Origin: a virus
Taxonomy: Duplodnaviria; Caudoviricetes
Reading direction: 5' to 3' (one strand)
DNA: 38,570 bases
Virus record (IMG/VR): IMGVR_UViG_3300029821_000139
Coordinates: 1-38,570 of that record
This document shows positions 1 through 8,030 of the stretch, in pieces (position 1 is the stretch's first letter; every line of letters starts with the position of its first letter). Position numbers and translations under genes: made by a program. The notes under the pieces are model-generated. The model saw only the letters and a program-made list of their open reading frames with translations. It was not told where the DNA came from and ran no database searches.

Positions 1-201
1 TTATACTGCTGGTTGATATTCACCTATTCTATTTTCATAGAATTCTAATACGTTATCAATATTTTCAAGCTCAGCAATTTTAGAATCTTCGATTTCAATA
101 TGTACTACATTCATTAACTTAGAAACAAAAATCACATTACAGATTTTTTCTAATTCAATTAGGTCATTCGTGTCCCTGACGTTTAATATCAATAGATTCA
201 T
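1..201 (-). CDS. 66-aa stand-alone propeptide-like (I9-like) protein, putative inhibitor of the adjacent S8 protease
   Basis: Strong RBS GGAGGTG upstream of the ATG. Overlaps the S8 gene by 38 nt. Resembles the S8 N-terminus (IFVSKLM/EFVSNVL; ENRIGEYQ/KERIGSYQ). Confidence 0.7.
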   Translation of the reverse strand: MNLLILNVRDTNDLIELEKICNVIFVSKLMNVVHIEIEDSKIAELENIDNVLEFYENRIGEYQPAV

Positions 202-1213
202 TTGATATCACCTCCACTATTCTTTTTACATCAATCAAACCTTTACCTTGTTCATGACTCGGTAATTTTAAATCAGTAGCAGTTTTGTATATAACTTCAA
301 GTGCTTCTTGCGAAGTACTGAATTTACTTGTTATAGCTGCCAATATTCCAGAAACAATAGGTGCAGCAAAAGATGTACCACATTTTCTGATTCCATCTAT
401 TGATACATCTCCTGGAGCAAGAAGATTTGGTTTATTACCACCAATTAATCCTTTACTTGAATACTCAGCTAATCTACTACTGTCTTCGCTTATTGCTGCC
501 ACAGTAACTGCTTCTCTTGCTGTAGCCGGACAATAAATACTATTTTCAACTTGGTTTTGATTTCCCGCCGCTACAACGACTGTCATACCATCACCACTCA
601 CAAAATCTATTAATTTACATAAATTACAAGATCCATCACAATTAATAAAATTCCCATATTTATCTTCTTTTGCAAACATAGAGGAAATATTAATAACATC
701 TGCACCACTAGAATGTGCCCATTCAATAGCTTGCAGAAGTGCTGATTCGCTTGGATCTACTTCACCGATTTTCCCTATGTAAATATTGGCGCCTCGAGCA
801 AAATGCTTGATTATTTTTGTGACAAATGTTCCATGATTCTTTCTATCCAATATTCCTGTTCCAACAAAATCTTTCACATCAGTAACATGAACCTTATTTT
901 TATCAACACCCGAATCTAAAACAAAAATCTTAGTACCACCCCAACCTATTAAACTAGAATCGATTAGAGCGCTTTTTGATATTCTAGGATTGATAATAAA
1001 AGTCTCAGTAAATTCAGAATTCTGATAGGAACCAATACGTTCTTTATCCACACTATTAATGTAATCCTTATTACAGAATCGACTACTACTATCTGCAATG
1101 CAAATAATATATGGTAGTACATTCGATACAAATTCAATTTCTATATTAGAATTAACCAAATCATCTTCTATGGCCTTGTTGAAGGGTTGATTTAGATTTA
1201 CTATATATTTCAT
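164..1213 (-). CDS. S8 (subtilisin-family) serine protease, no signal peptide
   Basis: Triad motifs VLDSG, HGT and GTSFAAP, with oxyanion motif AAGN. Start moved to ATG 1213 (MKYIV) because AGAGG precedes it and the ORF-track GTG at 1267 lies inside the predicted promoter. Confidence 0.93.
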   Translation of the reverse strand: MKYIVNLNQPFNKAIEDDLVNSNIEIEFVSNVLPYIICIADSSSRFCNKDYINSVDKERIGSYQNSEFTETFIINPRISKSALIDSSLIGWGGTKIFVLDSGVDKNKVHVTDVKDFVGTGILDRKNHGTFVTKIIKHFARGANIYIGKIGEVDPSESALLQAIEWAHSSGADVINISSMFAKEDKYGNFINCDGSCNLCKLIDFVSGDGMTVVVAAGNQNQVENSIYCPATAREAVTVAAISEDSSRLAEYSSKGLIGGNKPNLLAPGDVSIDGIRKCGTSFAAPIVSGILAAITSKFSTSQEALEVIYKTATDLKLPSHEQGKGLIDVKRIVEVISNESIDIKRQGHE

Positions 1214-1257
1214 ATTATAACCTCTTGCCCTCACGACATTTTTGTCTGTATTTGGTA

Positions 1258-1286
1258 ATTTTATCACTTTTTGCCTATAATGACAA
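1258..1286 (-). promoter_or_regulatory. Sigma-A-type promoter of the S8 operon
   Basis: TTGTCA-17 nt-TAAAAT with an extended -10 TG, on the minus strand. Confidence 0.7.
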
Positions 1287-1332
1287 GGAGATTGCTGTAA
1301 AACTTAAGAAAATTTAACAAATATTAAGTTCC

Positions 1333-1379
1333 ATACTATATGTTGTATATATTTCAACTTATTTTACTATATATAGCTT
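1333..1379. promoter_or_regulatory. Tandem NrdR-box-like operators
   Basis: ATACTATATGTTGTAT (1333-1348) and TTACTATATATAGCTT (1364-1379) fit acaCwAtATaTwGtgt and are offset by 31 bp. Confidence 0.55.
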
Positions 1380-1389
1380 TACAATTCTT

Positions 1390-1423
1390 AAGGCCCCTAG
1401 GATTTTGTCCTAAGGGCTTTTTT
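1390..1423. terminator. Intrinsic terminator-like hairpin, possibly bidirectional
   Basis: GCCCCTAGGA-ttttg-TCCTAAGGGC followed by T6 on the plus strand. Fully paired with one G-U on the minus strand. Confidence 0.75.
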
Positions 1424-1459
1424 GGAGAGTCACTAATCGGTGATTATATGACTGATTAT

Positions 1460-1488
1460 ATTATAATGTTTTATTAAGTTTTTTGCAA
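1460..1488 (-). promoter_or_regulatory. Sigma-A-type promoter
   Basis: TTGCAA-17 nt-TATAAT on the minus strand. Confidence 0.6.
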
Positions 1489-1504
1489 TATTATTAATTA
1501 GATA

Positions 1505-1628
1505 TGAGGGGATAGCTAAAGGTCTACCCCCTCACACTGTATGGTCCATTTCTCGTCTATTACCATACTAGACTATAAGAACAGTGGACGCAAATCATAG
1601 CCATAGGGTTGGCAAAACACTGTTTCTT
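1505..1628 (-). ncRNA. Candidate structured RNA downstream of the holin (stem, H-type pseudoknot, hairpin)
   Basis: Several complementary segments, listed in the findings. Family not recognised. Confidence 0.4.
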
Positions 1629-1645
1629 TTGATTAGGCTTTTTAG

Positions 1646-1843
1646 TTATTCAACTTCCGGCAATCCTGCTATGCTTGTTAATAGTGATAGCACACCTGCT
1701 ACTGATGCTACTGACAATACATACATCCAATCCACTTCATTTACCGCCATTCCAACTGCAAGCATACCTGATGCAGTTTGACCTACTGTTTTTAATGCTC
1801 TGATTAATGCTGCTTTAAACCATTTAATAGTTAATGTTTTCAT
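1646..1843 (-). CDS. Holin, r1t-like
   Basis: KWFKAALIRALKTVGQTA...SLLTSIAGLPEV signature, two hydrophobic segments, in the lysis module. Confidence 0.9.
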   Translation of the reverse strand: MKTLTIKWFKAALIRALKTVGQTASGMLAVGMAVNEVDWMYVLSVASVAGVLSLLTSIAGLPEVE

Positions 1844-1854
1844 TTTTATTCCTC

Positions 1855-2148
1855 CTATAATCTTCCTATTTTTTCCATGACCTGTTTCATGTATCCGTTA
1901 CCACCCATTGATTCGTAGGATTTGTAAAGATCATTGGCAACATCTTTTTCATGTTCTCCTACATGACCTTTTTCAATCGACCTGTTGTATATATCTAGTA
2001 TCTGACTTTTTAATAATTGGGTCATACCTATCTTAAGCATTTCGTGATCCTGTTGATGCCTTATTCTGTCGTTTCTTATCATTCTTGCTAATAGTCCTAT
2101 ACTTGATGTTATTACAAATCCTATTATCCCTATTAATAATTCATTCAT
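1855..2148 (-). CDS. Lysis-module membrane protein (holin-associated)
   Basis: N-terminal TM helix and C-terminal Y-x-x-x-GGNG motif common in genes beside phage lysins. Confidence 0.65.
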   Translation of the reverse strand: MNELLIGIIGFVITSSIGLLARMIRNDRIRHQQDHEMLKIGMTQLLKSQILDIYNRSIEKGHVGEHEKDVANDLYKSYESMGGNGYMKQVMEKIGRL

Positions 2149-2180
2149 TGCTCATCTCCTTTTAAGTCAGCCTGTTGATT

Positions 2181-3536
2181 TTATTTACAAATAAAGGCAG
2201 CCGGTATGCTTCGGCCTGTGTTTTTGGTTACAAATTTACCATTTATCATCATGGCGCTTGATCCACCACCGTCAAAATTGACTACATCGGTTAACTTAAG
2301 GTCGTTACATAAATTAACTTGGTCAATCGCTCTAAGTCCTTTTGAGTTACTGTTGCACTCTGCTATAATCATATGCCAGTTACCATCAGCGTCTACACCA
2401 ACCATGGTGCGGTCTGTATAGGAGTTTGCGTGTGTTACTTTATCCCAGTAGAGCTTTGAGTCTTTACCGTCAATCTTTAGGGCATAGCAGCCACTTGCAC
2501 CAAAAAAGGCGTTGCCCTGGATGCCTGCAAGCCTCTTATTGTCCACTGCATGAGATTGTACTGTCTCGATTGTTACACTTCCGTTTTTCCAGGGGATTAG
2601 ATCTACAAAGTTTGGTGATGAGTTCTGGTAGTAGTCCGCTATCTTTTTACCTTGTCCGTTGTCCGTTATGATCAAACCATACCCTAAGGGTGATTTAGCT
2701 TGTTCAGTAGCCGAAAAAGGAAATAGATTGGCGTTTACAATCGCTTTAACGCCTTTATACTTAGAAGCTATACTTTGTATAGGCTCATACTTTCTTGGCG
2801 TCCCCAGGACGAACTCAGGTGGTTTATTTGATTTGTAAATATGAACATCAGTCAGATAATTGTTATGTAAATGTCTAAGTTTTGAGTAACCCAATTCTTT
2901 ACTTGGTGTTAGAACCGGCAAAGGCTTTGGTGTTGCATCTGTGATGTTAAAGTACTTCTTAACGCCTTCGCATATCTCACTTGCACACTCGTATTGAAAG
3001 TCTTGGTCAAGCATCAAGGATGCCTCTCTAAGATTGCTCATAAAGCCAAGTTCCACTAAAATTGCTGGCATACTCGTGTATTTGATTACATAATAACCAG
3101 CCTCTTTAACTCCTCTGTTGCTTTGTACCGTGCCTTTTAATATCTCACTATGTACATCACCAGCAAGTCTTTTGCCCTCTACTGATCCATAGCAATGATA
3201 AGTCTCAACGCCGCTTGGTGCTGACCATTTATCACTCATGGCATTATAATGTACGCTTATAAATATTACTTTGCCATTAGGATATTTTCTCAAGTGAATG
3301 GCTGCAAGAGCGTTGGCTATTTTAACCCTTGTTGGTAGTGTCACATCTGCGGTGCCTTGGGTTATGTTGTGGGCCGAGAATCCGCTATGCTTTAAAAGTG
3401 CCACTAGTTTTGTCGCTACCGGTTGATTAAATTGATGTTCTCTTACTACTGATCCGTCTGTAAAAGCTGGCGTTCTTTTGCCTGGCGTCATCTCACCATG
3501 GCCATCGTCGACAAGTACTAAAATTTCTTCATTCAT
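2181..3536 (-). CDS. Endolysin: Amidase_3 domain fused to a phosphodiester glycosidase (NAGPA-like) domain
   Basis: DDGHG, REH, SVHYNA and PAILVELGF amidase motifs. C-terminal NANLF...DRTMVG...NFDGGGSSAM. Confidence 0.88.
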   Translation of the reverse strand: MNEEILVLVDDGHGEMTPGKRTPAFTDGSVVREHQFNQPVATKLVALLKHSGFSAHNITQGTADVTLPTRVKIANALAAIHLRKYPNGKVIFISVHYNAMSDKWSAPSGVETYHCYGSVEGKRLAGDVHSEILKGTVQSNRGVKEAGYYVIKYTSMPAILVELGFMSNLREASLMLDQDFQYECASEICEGVKKYFNITDATPKPLPVLTPSKELGYSKLRHLHNNYLTDVHIYKSNKPPEFVLGTPRKYEPIQSIASKYKGVKAIVNANLFPFSATEQAKSPLGYGLIITDNGQGKKIADYYQNSSPNFVDLIPWKNGSVTIETVQSHAVDNKRLAGIQGNAFFGASGCYALKIDGKDSKLYWDKVTHANSYTDRTMVGVDADGNWHMIIAECNSNSKGLRAIDQVNLCNDLKLTDVVNFDGGGSSAMMINGKFVTKNTGRSIPAAFICK

Positions 3537-3546
3537 TTTTACACCT

Positions 3547-3672
3547 CTATTCTGCTAAATGTCCCATATCCAGTTCAACTAATACATCCCGAACTCTACC
3601 TTGCAATGTCATAGGTACTTGTGCAAAGGTCCTGAATCCTCTGATAATTAAAGTTGCATAAATTACGTCCAT
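3547..3672 (-). CDS. CD1375-like small tail-associated protein (41 aa)
   Basis: MDVIYATLIIRGFRTFAQVP. RBS GGAGG before ATG 3672, so shorter than the ORF-track call. Confidence 0.75.
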   Translation of the reverse strand: MDVIYATLIIRGFRTFAQVPMTLQGRVRDVLVELDMGHLAE

Positions 3673-3697
3673 ATCGTCGCCTCCATTCCATTTAAAC

Positions 3698-3805
3698 TCA
3701 GTTAGTAGTTGCCAATGCAATTTCAACTTTTTCACGAATCGTTGCCGGAACTTCTTCAATAGTTTTCAACCCCATTCTAATCAATTTTACGTATATCTCT
3801 ACCAT
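3698..3805 (-). CDS. Second CD1375-like small protein (35 aa, absent from ORF track)
   Basis: Manual translation MVEIYVKLIRMGLKTIEEVPATIREKVEIALATTN, RBS AGGAGGTG. Confidence 0.75.
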   Translation of the reverse strand: MVEIYVKLIRMGLKTIEEVPATIREKVEIALATTN

Positions 3806-4156
3806 TTAGACACCTCCTAACATCAGTTCATATACTTCTGCAACAGCAAGCATTAGGTTGATATTATCTTCTTCAAGTCCACCTATTCTATCGATAACCA
3901 CTTTACTGGGCATAATGCTTTCATCAACAGATATTCCAGTATCAAGCGAAGTTTTATTAATGGAAAACCTTACTAAGGCATCTATCAATTCAATAGGTTT
4001 TTGATCATCACCTTCTGGTAAAAACTCTTCTAATGAGCCCGTCTTAAAATCAAATGTATGTCTTATTTCTGATGACCCATCAGTTTCAAATAAGACCTCT
4101 ACTGTTGGGTTACTTTCTATGTTTTGAATGCCTATAAATTTAATCTTTGTTATCAT
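3806..4156 (-). CDS. Hypothetical protein, probable tail fibre assembly factor
   Basis: Lies after the fibre gene. C-terminal LAVAEVYE helix is typical of genes preceding CD1375-like ORFs. Confidence 0.5.
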   Translation of the reverse strand: MITKIKFIGIQNIESNPTVEVLFETDGSSEIRHTFDFKTGSLEEFLPEGDDQKPIELIDALVRFSINKTSLDTGISVDESIMPSKVVIDRIGGLEEDNINLMLAVAEVYELMLGGV

Positions 4157-4168
4157 ATTTATTTCTCC

Positions 4169-4789
4169 TTATACTTTCATGATATACGCTAAGGCATAGT
4201 ATGGAGGTCTATTCTCGTGAGATGCTCCAGAACCTTCATTATTTATAGTTACTGTGTGAGAATGGTCTCCATCAGTTGAAGTGCGCATATTAGCATTGAT
4301 TGAATTATATGCAACTAAATCGCTTCTACCAGCAATTGTACCTGCCGACCCTGAATTAGCTAATTTGTGATAATGGCTTCCTGTTGTGTTTGTACTTGCT
4401 ACGTGATTATGAGATGCTAATTCAGCAACTGTTAAGGAAACAGAATCTAAACCACCAGTTGCATTTACCACATAACTAGAACCAGCGCCAACTATAAATC
4501 TATTTCTTAAATTTGGAGTTCCATTTGTCCCGTCACATAGTGCCCAACCATCAGGTATGCTAGCAATAGAACCTGACCACATGGTTATTACACCTACAGG
4601 AACGAGAGTTGCAAACATGTTTTCTAACACTTGTAAATAAGCCTTATTAATTGGGGTCCCTTCTTCTGTAATTGTGCCTGGTACTGGAACTAAATCAAAC
4701 ACGTCCGTCTGACCAGCAACCTCATTCAATTGATACCTTCTTGGATACTGTACTATTCTGTCTTTTACGTCTCTAGGTTCGTATGCCAT
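4169..4789 (-). CDS. Short tail fibre/baseplate protein with tail-collar domain
   Basis: PVGVITMWSG...GWALCDGTNGTPNLRNRFIVGAG, H-x-H repeats and HENRPPYYALAYIMK. Confidence 0.8.
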   Translation of the reverse strand: MAYEPRDVKDRIVQYPRRYQLNEVAGQTDVFDLVPVPGTITEEGTPINKAYLQVLENMFATLVPVGVITMWSGSIASIPDGWALCDGTNGTPNLRNRFIVGAGSSYVVNATGGLDSVSLTVAELASHNHVASTNTTGSHYHKLANSGSAGTIAGRSDLVAYNSINANMRTSTDGDHSHTVTINNEGSGASHENRPPYYALAYIMKV

Positions 4790-5901
4790 TATAGATTTAC
4801 CTCCTGTCCTGCACTAAACGTGCCTGAATATCTGTAAAGCTGTTCCATCAAATCAATAAGTTCGTATATTTCCTGTTGTGGAAGCTCTAACTCATTAGCT
4901 TTCTCACAATCAAAGACCTGTACTTGGTCTGAACTTATGATGATGGGTAGTGCTGTCTTTGTTGTGTAGATATTTATCAGTGCGTTGATGTTGGATCTTA
5001 GATCATTGATTGTTTCAACATAAGGAAAGTCAGACCTTAATAGATTCCTTACAGGCTTAGTAAAATTTGTTACATAGCCTTTATCAATAAGCTTTAGCCT
5101 TAGATATTCAGCATTTATGTTTTCCCTATTGAAGTCAATTACATTATAATAATCTGTTGATTGAAATACTTTCGTTCCTAACCATGTGTCTGGTTCTGGT
5201 GGAATAGGGTCAGTAAAAGGTATGTCAGTTGAGAATGTTACACCACCATTTAGTGTACCATCTATACCGTTTTGGGATGAGTCAAACACTGTTGTTCCAG
5301 AACCTTCGTTGAAAGCCCAATACGCTATAAGAGTTGGGTCTAACAATTCTGAATCTAATAAAGACCTATTGCCTGTTTCTAGGAACTGGGCTTCACTCCT
5401 AGCAACATTCCAAAATATAACCTCATCTATATTACCATTGAATCTTCTCTCCACACTAAATGGTACTCTTGCACCTATTATAAGGTCATTAACATTTGAT
5501 ATACTAAATAGTGCAACACCAGTGAATGTGCTTGTGTTTACACCGTCTATAAAGAACTTTACTGTTGAACCAGACCTAGTAACAGCGACACGTTTCCACA
5601 CATCACCATTAAGCTTTGCACCACCTGCATTTGCTGTTAAACCAGTACTATCAAAATGGAATGTTAGTCTGTGGTCATCATAATAGGCATTTAGGTTAAA
5701 ACCCCAATCACCTGTTGCAAACGTTGATTTAGTAACTATTGGCTGATGATAACTAGATGATACAACTTCGTTTTTACATCTTATACGAGCCTCTATTGTA
5801 AAATCACCAGTACCAATATCATTTATTGCTTGAGGGTTGCCTAGGTTGACATAGCCATCTATTCCATTAAGTAATATTGAATGTGTGTTCATTATAGGCA
5901 T
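4789..5901 (-). CDS. Tail protein with N-terminal LamG/concanavalin-like domain (candidate receptor-binding protein)
   Basis: DFTIEARI, WKRVAVTRSG, FNGNIDEV and AYWAFNEGSG. Pro-rich linker followed by a tail-type C-terminal domain. Confidence 0.8.
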   Translation of the reverse strand: MPIMNTHSILLNGIDGYVNLGNPQAINDIGTGDFTIEARIRCKNEVVSSSYHQPIVTKSTFATGDWGFNLNAYYDDHRLTFHFDSTGLTANAGGAKLNGDVWKRVAVTRSGSTVKFFIDGVNTSTFTGVALFSISNVNDLIIGARVPFSVERRFNGNIDEVIFWNVARSEAQFLETGNRSLLDSELLDPTLIAYWAFNEGSGTTVFDSSQNGIDGTLNGGVTFSTDIPFTDPIPPEPDTWLGTKVFQSTDYYNVIDFNRENINAEYLRLKLIDKGYVTNFTKPVRNLLRSDFPYVETINDLRSNINALINIYTTKTALPIIISSDQVQVFDCEKANELELPQQEIYELIDLMEQLYRYSGTFSAGQEVNL

Positions 5902-7679
5902 TATCCAACCACCTCCATCTTAGCTTGTAAATTAGGTGCAAAGGTTATCTCTTGTACTTCGATAACGCCCTCATAACTATCACCGAACATAGTCTGAACC
6001 CCAACCTTATCACCTGCTTCAAGACTTGGATCACTCCAATAATCAAACCTCTGTAGAATGCGTTTTTGGTAATAAGCAAGAAGATAGCCGGCTAACTTAC
6101 TCGCTCCTTTTGCCAACATCGCATTCTTAGCCACCTCCGCTGTTTGGTGGTTTTGCCCTGCTAATAAGCCAAGCCTTGAAGTAAATACCGTTATTGATTC
6201 ATCATAAACTTGTCCGGACACAGCTATCTCAAATTCACCTGTAGCATTAACCACGAGGTCCATACAAGAAGCCGATACTACTGGTGTTCCTACTATGGTA
6301 CCTAAACCTGTTATATTTACACTCGAGACCGAATGGACCGCCTTTGGAAAATCAAGAACTATAGATTGCTCTCCTATGAAAGCCATCTTATATTTGCTTA
6401 TGTCCTGAACAGCTGACAAGATGTAACTAATCTGTGGGACATTAACGGCTGTTATTAATTGTTTCTGCTCTATTTGTGGAAAATTGATTATTACATCATT
6501 TGCTATATCCTTTTCCTTGATATCGTCTACTTTGAAGAAATACAAACCACCATTCCTTTTAGCTTTAAGAGAACCGCCTACAGCCATGATCACTTTATGC
6601 AGCGCTTCTCTATGTGACATCCTAGGTAGATAACCGGTAAGCGTTGCAGCTGTTAACTCACTTGAAATCTCTACTTCTATTGTCATATCTGGGAATGCAT
6701 CTTGTACTATGAAATTAACTATATCTACAAAAAGTGCATCGCTCCAAAATGGTGAGTTTATGAACTCTGTCCTGTCCAACAAGCTTATGATATCTCCACC
6801 TTTTAATGTGGCTGTTATACCGGTAGAGTTGGACCAATCGGATAAATAATACACACCTAAAGGTACATACTCATAAGTTCCATTAGCAAGTTTTAACCCT
6901 GTTTCTACTGATATAGGTTGTCTACTCTGTAGATATGCGTAGATCCCTTCTGGATTTAACATATTAAACTTTTGGTTCTCATTGTATACCGTAATATTCA
7001 TATTGTTGTAGCTTAAGGTATTGCTCGATGGATCCACTTCTTCAACGATGTCACCTGAGATAATATCTCCTGAGTTAAATACTTCCTCAAGACCAAAAAC
7101 CATTTCTGTCATCTTCACATACCTATATGGCTGCAGTGTCTTGTAAAATAGTATGTCTATTCTCCCGTAATTCTCAACGCTCTCAGGCACATTTACTTCA
7201 TAATCTTCATTGCTTTCTACAAGCACTCTTGCCAGCTCTACATCCAATAGATCGTACCAAACGACTTCAAACTCACTGCATATAGTTCCGTTCATTTCAT
7301 CAAAGACGATCTTCACACCAACACTGCTATGATTTTCTTCAAATTGATAAATAAGATGAGGTGGGGTATCAAATACCCCAAGCTCATTAGATAGGTATCC
7401 ACTCCACCACCCTAGATTAATGTTGTCAGGAACATCTGGCATAAGGTTAAAGCTACCATCCAACCTAAAGAAATCATCTTCAAAAGTACCTGTACTGATG
7501 TCGGCAGCTATATTCTCATCTAATGTGTCTTGAATGTCTGTAAACGGTTGTGATGTGCTTGCTGATGGTATCGCTTGTATTCTAGCTGTTACATCTACAA
7601 CGCTAAATCTTACCCTACTCTTGGTTGCCCTGGTACTTTGCCCAACTGCCACCTTGAAAGCTTCAGATGTATTAATCAT
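5901..7679 (-). CDS. Baseplate hub/minor tail protein (Tal position)
   Basis: Follows Dit. EYVPLGVYY and DPSLEAGD motifs. RBS GGAGGTG before ATG 7679. Confidence 0.7.
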   Translation of the reverse strand: MINTSEAFKVAVGQSTRATKSRVRFSVVDVTARIQAIPSASTSQPFTDIQDTLDENIAADISTGTFEDDFFRLDGSFNLMPDVPDNINLGWWSGYLSNELGVFDTPPHLIYQFEENHSSVGVKIVFDEMNGTICSEFEVVWYDLLDVELARVLVESNEDYEVNVPESVENYGRIDILFYKTLQPYRYVKMTEMVFGLEEVFNSGDIISGDIVEEVDPSSNTLSYNNMNITVYNENQKFNMLNPEGIYAYLQSRQPISVETGLKLANGTYEYVPLGVYYLSDWSNSTGITATLKGGDIISLLDRTEFINSPFWSDALFVDIVNFIVQDAFPDMTIEVEISSELTAATLTGYLPRMSHREALHKVIMAVGGSLKAKRNGGLYFFKVDDIKEKDIANDVIINFPQIEQKQLITAVNVPQISYILSAVQDISKYKMAFIGEQSIVLDFPKAVHSVSSVNITGLGTIVGTPVVSASCMDLVVNATGEFEIAVSGQVYDESITVFTSRLGLLAGQNHQTAEVAKNAMLAKGASKLAGYLLAYYQKRILQRFDYWSDPSLEAGDKVGVQTMFGDSYEGVIEVQEITFAPNLQAKMEVVG

Positions 7680-7681
7680 GA

Positions 7682-8029
7682 TTACACCTCCACGAAAGTA
7701 CATTTAAGGTTCTTATAATAACCTAGAGTAATCATCTTGGCAGTTATCGGTGATATGTAAAATGTTGAGGTAACATCAGCACCTGTAGGGGCACTAAACG
7801 TCATGCTGAAATCTATCCTAGTCAAGCTTTTCAAATGATTGAACCAGTCTTTCGATGCTGTTTCATCTGGGAATTCCCACTCACAATTTAAAGTCCATTT
7901 GTCAGGTAAGGTTTCTCTTAGCACTCTACCATCAGAATTTCTTTCAGCTGACTTAACTTGAGTATTGAGTGTTGGTTCAAAAACTGTTGTTGTCCCTTCT
8001 GGAACAGAAACACCTGCTACTATTAACAT
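7682..8029 (-). CDS. Distal tail protein (Dit)
   Basis: Directly after the tape measure gene, AERNSDG motif, ends FVEV. Confidence 0.7.
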   Translation of the reverse strand: MLIVAGVSVPEGTTTVFEPTLNTQVKSAERNSDGRVLRETLPDKWTLNCEWEFPDETASKDWFNHLKSLTRIDFSMTFSAPTGADVTSTFYISPITAKMITLGYYKNLKCTFVEV

Positions 8030-8030
8030 T

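Noticed and set aside
4169-5901. Diversity-generating retroelement or invertible tail fibre locus
   Set aside because: No reverse transcriptase, template/variable repeat pair or invertase was seen.
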